Source: an uncultured Actinomycetes bacterium (GTDB lineage Bacteria; Actinomycetota; UBA4738; HRBIN12). Taken from it: a stretch of DNA of 64,000 bases. The notes below the pieces were generated by a model that worked only from the letters and a program-made list of their open reading frames with translations, did no database searches and had not been told where the DNA came from. The stretch covers positions 1,792,001 to 1,856,000 of the forward strand of contig OY969934.1 in the NCBI GenBank assembly GCA_963704725.1, read 5' to 3'. The position numbers were made by a program, and so were the translations under genes. Shown here piece by piece: positions 1 through 9,062 of this stretch; position 1 is the first letter of the stretch; each line of letters begins with the position of its first letter.

Positions 1-1
1 C

Positions 2-1138
2 CCCCTGCGTGGGCAGAACAACGTGCAGGGCGGCGGCGACATGGGCGCGATCCCCAACAAGCTGCCCGGCTTCCAGGACGTCGAGACGGACGTGGGCGCG
101 CGCCAGCGGTTCGAGAGCCTGTGGGAGACGCCGATCCCGCCGAAACGCGGCTGGCACCTGTCGGGGATGTTCGACGCGATGGAACGGGGCGAGCTCACCG
201 CCGTCTACTGCATCGGGGAGAACCCCGCGAGCTCGGAGGCCGACGCGCACCGCACGCGGAGGCTGCTCGAGAACCTCGACACGCTGATCGTGCAGGACAT
301 CTTCCTGACGAAGACGGGCGAGCTGGCCGACGTCGTGCTCCCCGCGGCCAACTCGGCGCTCGAATCCGAGGGAACCGTCACGAACAGCGAGCGCCGTGTG
401 CAGCGCGTGCGCAAGGCGCTCGATCCGCCCGGCGACGCGAAGGACGACATCTGGATCATCGCGCAGCTCGCCAAGCGGTTCGGCCACGACTGGGGCGACC
501 TCACGCCGGCCGAGGCATGGGAGGAGCTCCGGCTGCTGTCGCCGATGCACGCCGGGATGTCGTGGACCCGCCTGGAAGAGATGGGCGGGATCCAGTGGCC
601 GTGCCCGTCCGAGGATCATCCCGGGACGCCGTTCCTGCATGCGCGTCTGTGGGAGGAGGATCCGCACCGCCGGGGCGACCCTGCGCCGTTCAGCGTCGTG
701 GACTTCGAGCCCCCCGTGGACGAGCTCACCGAGGAGTTCCCCCTCCGCCTCACCACGGGCCGGCGGCTGGACTCGTACAACACCGGCGTGCAGTCGGGCG
801 GCTACGCGTCGCCGATGCGCCGCCGCGAGAGCATCGACCTGTCGCCGGAGGACGCGGAGCGGCTCGGGGTCGCCGCGGAGGAGATGGTCCGCGTGACGTC
901 GCGGCGCGGCTCGGTGCAGGCCCCCGTGCGGATCGATCCGGGTCTGCGCGCGGGGCTGGCCTTCATGAGCTTGCACTTCCCCGAGCAGGTCGAGACGAAC
1001 GTGCTCACGATCGACGCGACGGATCCCAAGTCCGGCACCGCCGAGTTCAAGGCGAGCGCCATCCGAGTGGACCGGCTCGATGAGGTGGCCCGGGTGGGCG
1101 GGGACGTCGGGCCGGCGGCGACGCCGAGGCCGGGGTGA
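2..1138 (+). CDS. Formate dehydrogenase catalytic (molybdopterin) subunit, C-terminal part; 5' truncated by the window edge
   Basis: Frame is open from base 2 (PLRGQNNVQGGGDMGA). FdhF-type motifs GENPA, VQDIFLTKT, GTVTNSERRVQRV, LTTGRRL and a Mo-dinucleotide-binding tail DPKSGTAEFKASA. Confidence 0.9.
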   Translation, partial: PLRGQNNVQGGGDMGAIPNKLPGFQDVETDVGARQRFESLWETPIPPKRGWHLSGMFDAMERGELTAVYCIGENPASSEADAHRTRRLLENLDTLIVQDIFLTKTGELADVVLPAANSALESEGTVTNSERRVQRVRKALDPPGDAKDDIWIIAQLAKRFGHDWGDLTPAEAWEELRLLSPMHAGMSWTRLEEMGGIQWPCPSEDHPGTPFLHARLWEEDPHRRGDPAPFSVVDFEPPVDELTEEFPLRLTTGRRLDSYNTGVQSGGYASPMRRRESIDLSPEDAERLGVAAEEMVRVTSRRGSVQAPVRIDPGLRAGLAFMSLHFPEQVETNVLTIDATDPKSGTAEFKASAIRVDRLDEVARVGGDVGPAATPRPG

Positions 1139-1144
1139 CGTGAC

Positions 1145-3013
1145 GTGGACCTCCATCTGATGTCGGCGACGCCCACCGAGGAGGAGCGCGAGGCCGTCGA
1201 CGAGGTGCTCGGCCCGCCGGAGTCGGGATGGACCGGCGGCGAGCGCAACCCGCTCGACGGTCACGTCGCTCGGGGCGGGCGTGCCGACCGCGAGCGGCGC
1301 CACCTCCTCCTGCCGGCGCTGCACGCGCTCCAGCGGCGGGCGGGCTGGATCAGCCACGGCGGTCTGAGCTACGTGGCGCGGCGCCTGAGCGTCCCGCCGG
1401 CTGAGGCGTACGGCGTGGCGAGCTTCTACGCGATGTTCTCCACCGAGCCCCGCGCGAAGACGGTCGTGCACGTCTGCGACGACATCGCCTGCCGCGTGGC
1501 CGGGGCGGAGCGGCTGATCGAGGAGGTCGTGGCCGAGGTCGGGACGGAGCGTCAGGACCGTGTGCTCCGGAGCCCCTGTCTCGGTTTGTGCGAGCGGGCG
1601 CCGGCGGCGCTCCTGCAGACGGCCGGCCCGCGTGCGGAGGACGTAGCCGTCGCGCCGGCCGTGGCGGAGGCGCTGAGCGGCATGCTGTTCGAGCACTTCG
1701 ACGCGCCGGCCGAGCCCGCCGGCATCGGCGAGCCCTCCGCGCCCCAGACCGTGCTCGGCCGGGCCCGGGAGGGTCTGAGGCTCCTGCGCCGCGTGGGCGT
1801 GGTCGACCCGGGATCGCTCGACGACTACCGGGCGAGCGGCGGGTACGAGCCCCTGCGACGGGCCGTCGAGATCGGGCCCGGGAACGTGATCCGCGAGCTC
1901 AAGGACTCGAAGCTGCTCGGCCGGGGCGGGGCCGCGTTCCCGGCCGGGGTCAAGTGGGAAGCCGTCGCCGCGCAGGCCGATCGCCCCCACTACTTCGTCG
2001 CCAACGCGGACGAGTCCGAGCCGGGCACGTTCAAGGACCGGGTCCTGATGGAGCGCGATCCGTTCGCCGTGATCGAGGCGCTCACGATCGCCGGCTTCGC
2101 CACCGGCTCGGAGCGCGGGTACCTGTACGTGCGCGGCGAGTACCCTCGCGCCACGGCGGCGTTGGAGCGGGCCATCGGACTGGCCCGTGCCCGCGGGCTC
2201 CTCGGCGACGACGTGATGGGCGGGGGGTTCCGGTTCGACGTCGAGCTCCGCCGCGGCGCCGGTGCGTACATCTGCGGCGAGGAGACCGCGCTCTTCAACT
2301 CGATCGAGGGCAGGCGCGGCGAGCCCCGGAACAAGCCGCCGTTCCCGGTGGAGCGTGGGCTGTTCGGCAAGCCGACCGGCATCAACAACGTCGAGACGCT
2401 CGTGAACGTCCTCGAGGTGCTCTCGCTCGGCGGGCTCGAGTACGCGAAGCTCGGCACCGCCGACTCGACGGGGACGCGCCTGTTCTGCCTGTCGGGGTGC
2501 GTCGAGCATCCGGGGGTGTACGAGGTCGAGCACGGCGTGACCCTGCGCGAGCTGATCCGGCTCGCCGGCGGCGTTCGGGGAGGCCGCGAGCTGAAGGCCA
2601 TCCTGCTGGGCGGCGCCGCCGGGTCGTTCGTCGGACCGGAGGACCTGGATCTGGAGCTGTCGTTCGAGGGCGTGCGGGCCGCGGGGACGACGCTCGGCTC
2701 GGGCGCGGTGATGGTCTTCGACGACTCGGTCAGCCTTCCGCACGTCGTGCTTCGCATCGCCGCGTTCTTCCGTGACGAGTCCTGCGGGCAGTGCGTGCCC
2801 TGCCGGGTGGGGACGGTGCGGCAGGAGGAGGCGCTGCACCGGCTCGTGGCGGAGCGGCCGGTCGGCACGCGCGAGGACGAGCTCGCGCTGCTCGGCGAGA
2901 TCGGTCGGGTGATGCGGGACGCCTCGATCTGCGGCCTGGGCCAGCTCGCGGCGAGCGCCGTCGACTCGGCCGTGTCGCGCCTGCGACTGTTCGACACGGA
3001 GGAGGTCTCGTGA
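1145..3013 (+). CDS. NuoE-NuoF fusion, NADH/FMN-binding diaphorase subunit of formate dehydrogenase
   Basis: NuoE-like CDDIAC and CLGLCERAP; NuoF motifs GRGGAAFP, NADESEPG, GAGAYICGEET, ESCGQCVPCR, SICGLG. Confidence 0.92.
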   Translation: MDLHLMSATPTEEEREAVDEVLGPPESGWTGGERNPLDGHVARGGRADRERRHLLLPALHALQRRAGWISHGGLSYVARRLSVPPAEAYGVASFYAMFSTEPRAKTVVHVCDDIACRVAGAERLIEEVVAEVGTERQDRVLRSPCLGLCERAPAALLQTAGPRAEDVAVAPAVAEALSGMLFEHFDAPAEPAGIGEPSAPQTVLGRAREGLRLLRRVGVVDPGSLDDYRASGGYEPLRRAVEIGPGNVIRELKDSKLLGRGGAAFPAGVKWEAVAAQADRPHYFVANADESEPGTFKDRVLMERDPFAVIEALTIAGFATGSERGYLYVRGEYPRATAALERAIGLARARGLLGDDVMGGGFRFDVELRRGAGAYICGEETALFNSIEGRRGEPRNKPPFPVERGLFGKPTGINNVETLVNVLEVLSLGGLEYAKLGTADSTGTRLFCLSGCVEHPGVYEVEHGVTLRELIRLAGGVRGGRELKAILLGGAAGSFVGPEDLDLELSFEGVRAAGTTLGSGAVMVFDDSVSLPHVVLRIAAFFRDESCGQCVPCRVGTVRQEEALHRLVAERPVGTREDELALLGEIGRVMRDASICGLGQLAASAVDSAVSRLRLFDTEEVS

Positions 3014-4017
3014 CCGTCGTGCCGCTGGCCCCGCCGCGCCGGCTCCTCGACCTCGAGGTGGACGGCGAGACCGTCCGGGTGGCCGAAGGGTCGACCCTGC
3101 TCGACGCCCTGCGCTCCAAGGGCGTCGACACGCCGACGCTCTGCTACGCGGAGAACCTGACGCCGGTGAACGCCTGCCGCGCCTGCGTGGTCGAGGTCGA
3201 GGGATCGCGCGTGCTCGTCCCATCGTGCGCCCGTCGGGCCGAGGAGGGCATGACGGTCCGTACGGACACGGACCGGGTCCGCCATGCGCGCCGGATGGTC
3301 CTGGAGTTCCTGGGGTCCTCCGTCGACCTCGGGCTGGCGAGCGCGGCGCTGAGGCGATGGATGGAGGCCTACGGCGCGGACCCCGGCCGCTACGGCGAGC
3401 AGGCTCCGCCCGCCGAGGCGGGGGACCACGACGCGCGGCGGCCCGGCCATCACCGTCATCCCGATCCGGCGGTCGCCGAGACCGTGCACCAGCCCGTGAA
3501 GGTGGACAACGACCTCTACGTGCGCGACTACTCGCGGTGCATCCTCTGCTACAAGTGTGTCGAGGCGTGCGGCGAGGACGCGCAGAACACGTTCGCCATC
3601 GCCGTGGCCGGTCGCGGGTTCGACGCTCGCATCTCGACCGAGTTCGCCGTCGGCCTGCCGGACTCCGCCTGCGTCTACTGCGGCAACTGCATCGGCGTGT
3701 GTCCCACCGGCGCCCTGATGTTCCGGAGCGAACACGAGATGCGCGAGGCCGGGACGTGGGACGAGGCCGCCCAGACCGTGACCGAGACGATCTGCCCGTA
3801 CTGCGGCGTGGGATGCGACCTCGAGGTCCACGTTCAGGACAACGCGATCGTGAAGGTGATGTCGCCCACCGATCACTCGGTGACGGGCGGTCACCTGTGC
3901 ATCAAGGGCCGGTTCGGATTCGAGTTCGTCCAGAGCCGCGCGTCCGTCCCTGCGCAGCCTCCCGAGTCCGACTCGGGCATGGCGCTCCCACCGCCGCCGG
4001 AGCTCACGGCTGGCTGA
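3010..4017 (+). CDS. NuoG-like Fe-S subunit of formate dehydrogenase (2Fe-2S, 2x4Fe-4S and Mo-enzyme 4Fe-4S domain)
   Basis: GTG in a GTGA overlap, GGAGG upstream. Motifs PTLC..NACRAC, CILCYKC, CVYCGNCIGVCP, TICPYCGVGC..LCIKGRFG. Confidence 0.9.
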   Translation: MTVVPLAPPRRLLDLEVDGETVRVAEGSTLLDALRSKGVDTPTLCYAENLTPVNACRACVVEVEGSRVLVPSCARRAEEGMTVRTDTDRVRHARRMVLEFLGSSVDLGLASAALRRWMEAYGADPGRYGEQAPPAEAGDHDARRPGHHRHPDPAVAETVHQPVKVDNDLYVRDYSRCILCYKCVEACGEDAQNTFAIAVAGRGFDARISTEFAVGLPDSACVYCGNCIGVCPTGALMFRSEHEMREAGTWDEAAQTVTETICPYCGVGCDLEVHVQDNAIVKVMSPTDHSVTGGHLCIKGRFGFEFVQSRASVPAQPPESDSGMALPPPPELTAG

Positions 4018-4600
4018 GGTCACCGGCGTCGTCCTCGCGGGCGGGCGCTCCACACGGTTCGGCCGCGACAAGCTCGCCGAGCCCTACCGCGGGTCGCCAC
4101 TGCTGCATCGCGCGATCGTGCGCGTCGGTGAGGTGTGCCGCGACGTCGTGGTGGTCTTCGCGCCGGATGGGGGCGTGCCGCCGCTCCCCGTGGGCGTCCC
4201 GGTGCGCGTCGCGCGCGACGACGCGGCGGACCGGGGGCCGCTCGCCGGCGTCGTTGCCGGCCTGCGAGCGGCGGCGTCCGAGCTCGCGCTCGTGGTGGCC
4301 GGCGACATGCCGGATCTGCAGACGGCGGTGCTCGCGGAGCTGGTGCGTCGAGCCGCCGAGGGATCGTCAGGCGCGATCGCGCTGCGCGAGGGCGACCGCG
4401 TCCGGCCCCTTCCCTGCGTGGTACGGGTGGGCGCGGCCGCCGCCGCTGCCGCGGAGCTGCTCGACGCCGGAACGCGCCGGCTCCGAGACCTCCTCGACGC
4501 CCTCGGCGTGATGGCGATCGACGAGGAGACGTGGCGCGCGCTCGACCCGGACGGGCGGACGCTCCTGGACGTCGACGAGCCGAGGGATCTCGACGCGTGA
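4010..4600 (+). CDS. mobA: Molybdenum cofactor guanylyltransferase
   Basis: GVVLAGGRSTRFGRDK lies in frame upstream of the ORF-track start; also GPLAGV, VAGDMP, DVDEPRDL. The start is probably CTG at 4010. Confidence 0.85.
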   Translation: MAEVTGVVLAGGRSTRFGRDKLAEPYRGSPLLHRAIVRVGEVCRDVVVVFAPDGGVPPLPVGVPVRVARDDAADRGPLAGVVAGLRAAASELALVVAGDMPDLQTAVLAELVRRAAEGSSGAIALREGDRVRPLPCVVRVGAAAAAAAELLDAGTRRLRDLLDALGVMAIDEETWRALDPDGRTLLDVDEPRDLDA

Positions 4601-4740
4601 CCGGGCGTCTCGGAACCTTGTCGCGAGGTTCGTCGCGTCTTGGTCCGGCCTTGGAACGTGCGTCGCTACCTTCGTTCGTGTTGGTGCACGGATCGATCCA
4701 TCGGCTTTCGTGCCGCGAAGTCGGGGACGAGGTGGATGTG

Positions 4741-4896
4741 ATGAGGCGAGAGCGGATCATCCGAAAGGCCCCGCGACCGAGGAAAGCGGTCGAGATCCTG
4801 CCGCTCGACCCTCGCGATCCCGACATCGTGCGCGCCAAGGCGCTGCAGGACCGCGTCGTGCGGCGCTCCCCGCGGATCGCGCCCCACGCGGCCTGA
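4741..4896 (+). CDS. Small basic hypothetical protein (51 aa)
   Basis: GAGGTGG RBS, then ATG; MRRERIIRK...LPLDPRDPDIVRAKALQ fills the intergenic gap. Confidence 0.55.
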   Translation: MRRERIIRKAPRPRKAVEILPLDPRDPDIVRAKALQDRVVRRSPRIAPHAA

Positions 4897-4950
4897 CGGC
4901 GAGCCTCGGCTCGGGCGTGGTGGAACCACGGCGGACGGTAGGGTGTCCGC

Positions 4951-5769
4951 ATGACGCACGAGGGCTTCCGCGTCGGCGACGTCGACGTCGCGATCGTCTG
5001 CGAGGGGTTCGCACCGCTCGAGCTGGCCGACGAGATGCCCGGCGTGGACGTCGACTGGGATGCCGAGCGCGCCGCGTTCCCCTGGGCCTTCGCGGGAGCG
5101 GACGCCTGGGCGTGGCACGTGCACGCGTTCGTCCTGCGGACCGGGATCGGGATCGTGATGGTCGACACCGGTCTGGGGTCCTTCCCGCCGATCCAGCCGT
5201 GGGCGGAGTCGACCGAACCCGAACGCGCCTTCGCGGCGGCCGGCGCACGGGCGGACGAGGTTCGCGCCGTGGTCCACACGCACCTGCACGCCGATCACGC
5301 CGGCGGCGCGGTGGTCGACGGGAGGCCCAGGTTCCCCAACGCGGTGCACCACGTCCATCCGGCGGACTGGTCGTTCTTCGGTCGGGGCGATCGGATCGGC
5401 GGCTACACGGCCCGGGGCGGCATGGCGGTGCTCGAGGAGCTCGGCATGCTCGACCTGCGGGAGGGGGACCACGCCGTCGGCGGCGGCGTCCGGGTGGTGC
5501 ACGCGCCGGGCCACACGCCGGGGCACCGCGTCGCGATCCTCGAGTCCGGGGGCGAGACGCTGGCGCTCACCGGCGACCTGCTCCACGTTCCGCCCCAGGT
5601 GACCAACCCGGCGTCGCCCTCGAACCACGACGTGGACGCGGCCGAGGGCTGCCGGTCCCGGTCGGAGATCCTCGCGCAGGCTCGTGACGGCGGCTGGGGC
5701 GTGGTCGTCTCGCACTTCGGCCGCCCGTTGGGGCGGGTGGAGGCGGACGGATGGCACGCCGGCCCCTGA
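4951..5769 (+). CDS. MBL-fold metallo-hydrolase (AHL-lactonase/OP-hydrolase-like)
   Basis: VDTG, THLHADHAGG, PGHTPGH, GDL, SHF motifs. Confidence 0.9.
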   Translation: MTHEGFRVGDVDVAIVCEGFAPLELADEMPGVDVDWDAERAAFPWAFAGADAWAWHVHAFVLRTGIGIVMVDTGLGSFPPIQPWAESTEPERAFAAAGARADEVRAVVHTHLHADHAGGAVVDGRPRFPNAVHHVHPADWSFFGRGDRIGGYTARGGMAVLEELGMLDLREGDHAVGGGVRVVHAPGHTPGHRVAILESGGETLALTGDLLHVPPQVTNPASPSNHDVDAAEGCRSRSEILAQARDGGWGVVVSHFGRPLGRVEADGWHAGP

Positions 5770-5875
5770 CCGAAGGGCCGATGCGGCCGGACGGCGTTCC
5801 GGGGTAGATTCCGGCTCGAAGAGCGGGGCCGCCCGGCCTTCCCGCGCATCAAACCCTCCGCGAAAGGACCCCGCC

Positions 5876-7192
5876 ATGACTCGTCGTGTGCTCATCATGG
5901 GTGCCGCAGGACGCGACTTCCACAACTTCAACGTCGCGTTCCGCGACGACCGGCGGTACGAGGTCGTCGCGTTCACCGCCACGCAGATCCCGTTCATCGT
6001 GGACCGGACCTACCCGGCCTCGCTCGCCGGCGAGGCCTATCCCAATGGCATCCCGATCCACGACGAGAGCGAGCTCACCTCGCTGATCAGCGACCGGGGC
6101 GTCGAGGACGTCGTGTTCAGCTACTCGGACGTGAGCCACGAGTACGTGATGCACAAGGCGAGCGAGGTGATCGCGGCCGGCGCCAGCTTCGTCCTGCTTG
6201 GCCCGCGCGACACGATGCTCCAGGCCGCCGTGCCCGTCGTCAGCGTGTGCGCCGTCCGGACGGGCTCCGGCAAGAGCCAGACCACCCGGGCCATCGCGCA
6301 GACGCTGAAGGCCGCGGGCAAGCGCGTCGTCGCCGTGCGCCACCCCATGCCGTACGGCGACCTCGAGGCGCAGCGGGTGCAGCGGTACGCCACCCTCGAG
6401 GACCTCGACCGCTACGACACCACCGTGGAGGAGCGCGAGGAGTACGAGCCGCACATCGCGACGGGCACGATCATCTACGCCGGCGTGGACTACGGCGACA
6501 TCCTGAAGCAGGCGCAGGGCGAGTGCGACGTCCTGCTGTGGGACGGCGGCAACAACGACCTGCCCTTCTACACGCCGGACGTCCACATCGTCGTGGCCGA
6601 TCCGCTCCGGGCGGGGCACGAGACGAGCTACCACCCCGGCGAGGCCAACCTGCGCATGGCGGACGTGATCGTGATCAACAAGATGGACTCGGCGACGCCG
6701 GAGCAGGTGGCGGCGCTGGCCGACACGATCGCCCGGGTGAACCCCGGGGCCACGGTCGTGCGGGCCAACAGCGCCGTCACGGTGGACGACCCCGGCGCCA
6801 TCGCCGGCAAGCGCGTGCTCGTGATCGAGGACGGCCCGACGCTCACGCACGGCGAGATGAAGTTCGGCGCCGGCGTCGTCGCCGCGCGGGCGCACGGGGC
6901 GGCCGAGATCGTCGACCCTCGGCCGTGGGCGACCGGGACGATCGAGGCCACGTTCCGCAAGTACGACGTGGGGCCGGTCCTGCCGGCGATGGGCTACTCG
7001 GACGGGCAGCTCGGGGAGCTCGAGAAGATCATCGACGCCGCCGACGTCGACCTCGTCGTCGTGGGGACGCCGATCGACCTGCGGCGCGTGATCGATATCC
7101 GCAAGCCCGCCGTCCGCGTGAGGTACGACCTCGAGGTCCTGCCCGACTCGCCGACACTCGCCGACATCCTGCGTCCGGTGCTCTCGGCGTGA
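5876..7192 (+). CDS. arcE: Arginine synthetase ArcE-like P-loop ATPase (cyclic 2,3-diphosphoglycerate synthetase superfamily)
   Basis: N-terminal GAAGRDFHNFN..VVAFTATQIP, P-loop AVRTGSGKS, RHPMPYG, EEREEYE, WDGGNND, EDGPTLTHG, PAMGY. Coupled to carbamate kinase. AAAGGA RBS. Confidence 0.75.
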   Translation: MTRRVLIMGAAGRDFHNFNVAFRDDRRYEVVAFTATQIPFIVDRTYPASLAGEAYPNGIPIHDESELTSLISDRGVEDVVFSYSDVSHEYVMHKASEVIAAGASFVLLGPRDTMLQAAVPVVSVCAVRTGSGKSQTTRAIAQTLKAAGKRVVAVRHPMPYGDLEAQRVQRYATLEDLDRYDTTVEEREEYEPHIATGTIIYAGVDYGDILKQAQGECDVLLWDGGNNDLPFYTPDVHIVVADPLRAGHETSYHPGEANLRMADVIVINKMDSATPEQVAALADTIARVNPGATVVRANSAVTVDDPGAIAGKRVLVIEDGPTLTHGEMKFGAGVVAARAHGAAEIVDPRPWATGTIEATFRKYDVGPVLPAMGYSDGQLGELEKIIDAADVDLVVVGTPIDLRRVIDIRKPAVRVRYDLEVLPDSPTLADILRPVLSA

Positions 7193-8127
7193 ACCGCGTC
7201 GTCGTCGCGCTCGGCGGGAACGCCCTGCTCCGGCGGGGCGAGGAGGACACGTTCGAGAACATGTACCGCTCGTCGCGCCTGGCTGCCGAGCGGATCGCGG
7301 ACATCGCCGCGGCCGGATGGGAGGTCGTGGTGACCCACGGCAACGGGCCCCAGGTGGGCCGCATCCTGCTGCAGCAGGAGGCCGCTCGGAAGTTCGTGCA
7401 CCCCATGCCGCTCGACGTGTGCGGCGCCCTGAGCCAGGGACAGATCGGCTACCTCCTGCAGGTGACGATCGGCGACGTCTTCTTCGAACGCGGCATGGAG
7501 CGTCCGGTGGCGACGATCCTCACGCTCACGCGCGTTCCGGTGGACGACCCCGCGTTCCGGGAGCCGACGAAGCCGATCGGTCCCTTCTACGAGCGCGACG
7601 TGGCCGAGCGGCTCGTCGCCGAGCAGGGGTGGGCCATGAAGCCCGACTCCCACGGCGGCTTCCGCCGAGTGGTTCCGTCGCCGGCCCCGTACTCGATCGT
7701 CGAGGCGCCGGTGATCCGGCGGTTGGTGGGGGACGGCGTGATCGTGATCGCCTCGGGTGGTGGCGGGGTCCCCGTGATCGAGGACGGGCCGCGCCTCGTC
7801 GGCGTGGAAGGCGTCGTCGACAAGGACTCCGCGGCGGCCATCCTGGCCGGCGACGTCGAGGCGACGATGCTCCTCATCCTCACGGACGTGCGACGGGTCC
7901 AGAGCGGGTTCGGGACCGAGGGCGCGCAGGAGCTGGAGCGCCTGAGCGTCGCGCAGGCGCGGGCGCTGTCGGAGAGCGGGGAGTTCGCCGCAGGGTCCAT
8001 GGGCCCGAAGATGCAGGCGGCGATCTCGTTCGTCGAGCGCGGGGGGGCTCGCGCGGCGATCGGCGACCTCGACGACGCGGTGGCGGTGCTCGAGGGGGCC
8101 GCCGGCACCACGGTCGTCCCCGGGTAG
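7189..8127 (+). CDS. arcC: Carbamate kinase
   Basis: VVALGGNAL, THGNGPQVG, PTKPIGPFY, RRVVPSP, GGGGVPV, VVDKD, GSMGPKM; GTGA overlap with the upstream gene. Confidence 0.95.
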   Translation: MNRVVVALGGNALLRRGEEDTFENMYRSSRLAAERIADIAAAGWEVVVTHGNGPQVGRILLQQEAARKFVHPMPLDVCGALSQGQIGYLLQVTIGDVFFERGMERPVATILTLTRVPVDDPAFREPTKPIGPFYERDVAERLVAEQGWAMKPDSHGGFRRVVPSPAPYSIVEAPVIRRLVGDGVIVIASGGGGVPVIEDGPRLVGVEGVVDKDSAAAILAGDVEATMLLILTDVRRVQSGFGTEGAQELERLSVAQARALSESGEFAAGSMGPKMQAAISFVERGGARAAIGDLDDAVAVLEGAAGTTVVPG

Positions 8128-8136
8128 GCCCCTCGG

Positions 8137-8898
8137 CTAGCGGGGCTTCGCCGCGTCGAGCTCGAGGGCGAACGCGAGGATCCGTTCCCGCACGACGGGC
8201 GCGTCGTGGTCGAGCGTGACCACGTGGTAGGACCGCGGACACGGGACGAGCTCCGTGCGCTCGGACCCGATCTTCGCGAGCACCTTGCGGGCGTTGGCCT
8301 TCGGGATCACGTGGTCCGTGCCCGACTGGAACACCACGACCGGCTGCCGGATCGTGGGGAGCTCGGCGCGGACGAGCCTGGTGAGCGCGGCCATCTGCAG
8401 CGCGGCGGCCACCGGGATGCGGTCGTCGGCGTTCTCGTCGCGTCCCGGGAGCGCGATGTCGTTCGCCACGCCCCGGAGGTCGCGGGGGTACCACCGCACG
8501 ATCGGCGCGAACGCGTGGCGGGCGTCGAACACGTACGGGTTGGCGAGCGCGATGCCGTCCACGTCGTGCGGGCGAGACGCCGCGAGCGCCAGGACGATCG
8601 CCCCGCCCAGGGACTGCCCGAAGACGACGACCGTGCGAGCCCTGCGCCGCAGCTCGTCGAGCCCCCGTCCGGCCTCGTCCGTCCACTCGGTCCAGCGCCG
8701 CGTCCGGAGGTCGTCGAGGTTCGTCCCGTGCCCGGGCAGCCGAACGCCCTCGACGGCCAGTCCGTTGTCGGCGAGCCACTCGCCGATCGGTCGCATCGAC
8801 GCGGGGGAGCCGGTGAGCCCGTGGACGAGGAGGATGCCGACCGGTCCCTCGCCGATGGTGAACGGCTCGGCCCCGACGCGGACGGGCGGCGAGCTCAC
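8137..8898 (-). CDS. Carboxylesterase / monoacylglycerol lipase-like alpha/beta hydrolase
   Basis: HGLTGSP, LPGHGT, GQSLGG nucleophile elbow, DHVI, SYHVVTLD. Confidence 0.9.
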   Translation of the reverse strand: MSSPPVRVGAEPFTIGEGPVGILLVHGLTGSPASMRPIGEWLADNGLAVEGVRLPGHGTNLDDLRTRRWTEWTDEAGRGLDELRRRARTVVVFGQSLGGAIVLALAASRPHDVDGIALANPYVFDARHAFAPIVRWYPRDLRGVANDIALPGRDENADDRIPVAAALQMAALTRLVRAELPTIRQPVVVFQSGTDHVIPKANARKVLAKIGSERTELVPCPRSYHVVTLDHDAPVVRERILAFALELDAAKPR

Positions 8899-8905
8899 CC
8901 CGGGA

Positions 8906-9043
8906 TCAGACGGACCGCTTGCGACGGCCGGGGTTCACGAACAGCGTCCCCACCATGTACAGGAACGCGAGGCCCACGGCGCCGGTGAGCGCGACCAGCA
9001 GCGCCAGGAAGGTCCACTCGAGCAGGCCCCAGGCGGCGAGCAC
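8906..9043 (-). CDS. Small single-pass membrane protein (45 aa), not in the ORF track
   Basis: MLAAWGLLEWTFLALLVALTGAVGLAFLYMVGTLFVNPGRRKRSV; TAGCAT -10 box 6 nt before the GTG (leaderless); high GC3. Confidence 0.65.
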   Translation of the reverse strand: MLAAWGLLEWTFLALLVALTGAVGLAFLYMVGTLFVNPGRRKRSV

Positions 9044-9062
9044 GGCGCCATGCTACTTCCTC

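Noticed and set aside
1136-1144. Selenocysteine readthrough at the TGA of the formate dehydrogenase gene
   Set aside because: The TGA follows the complete C-terminal domain; any Sec site would lie upstream of the window.
5876-7192. Cyclic 2,3-diphosphoglycerate synthetase call
   Set aside because: Same superfamily, but coupling to carbamate kinase and the absence of a 2-phosphoglycerate kinase gene favour ArcE.
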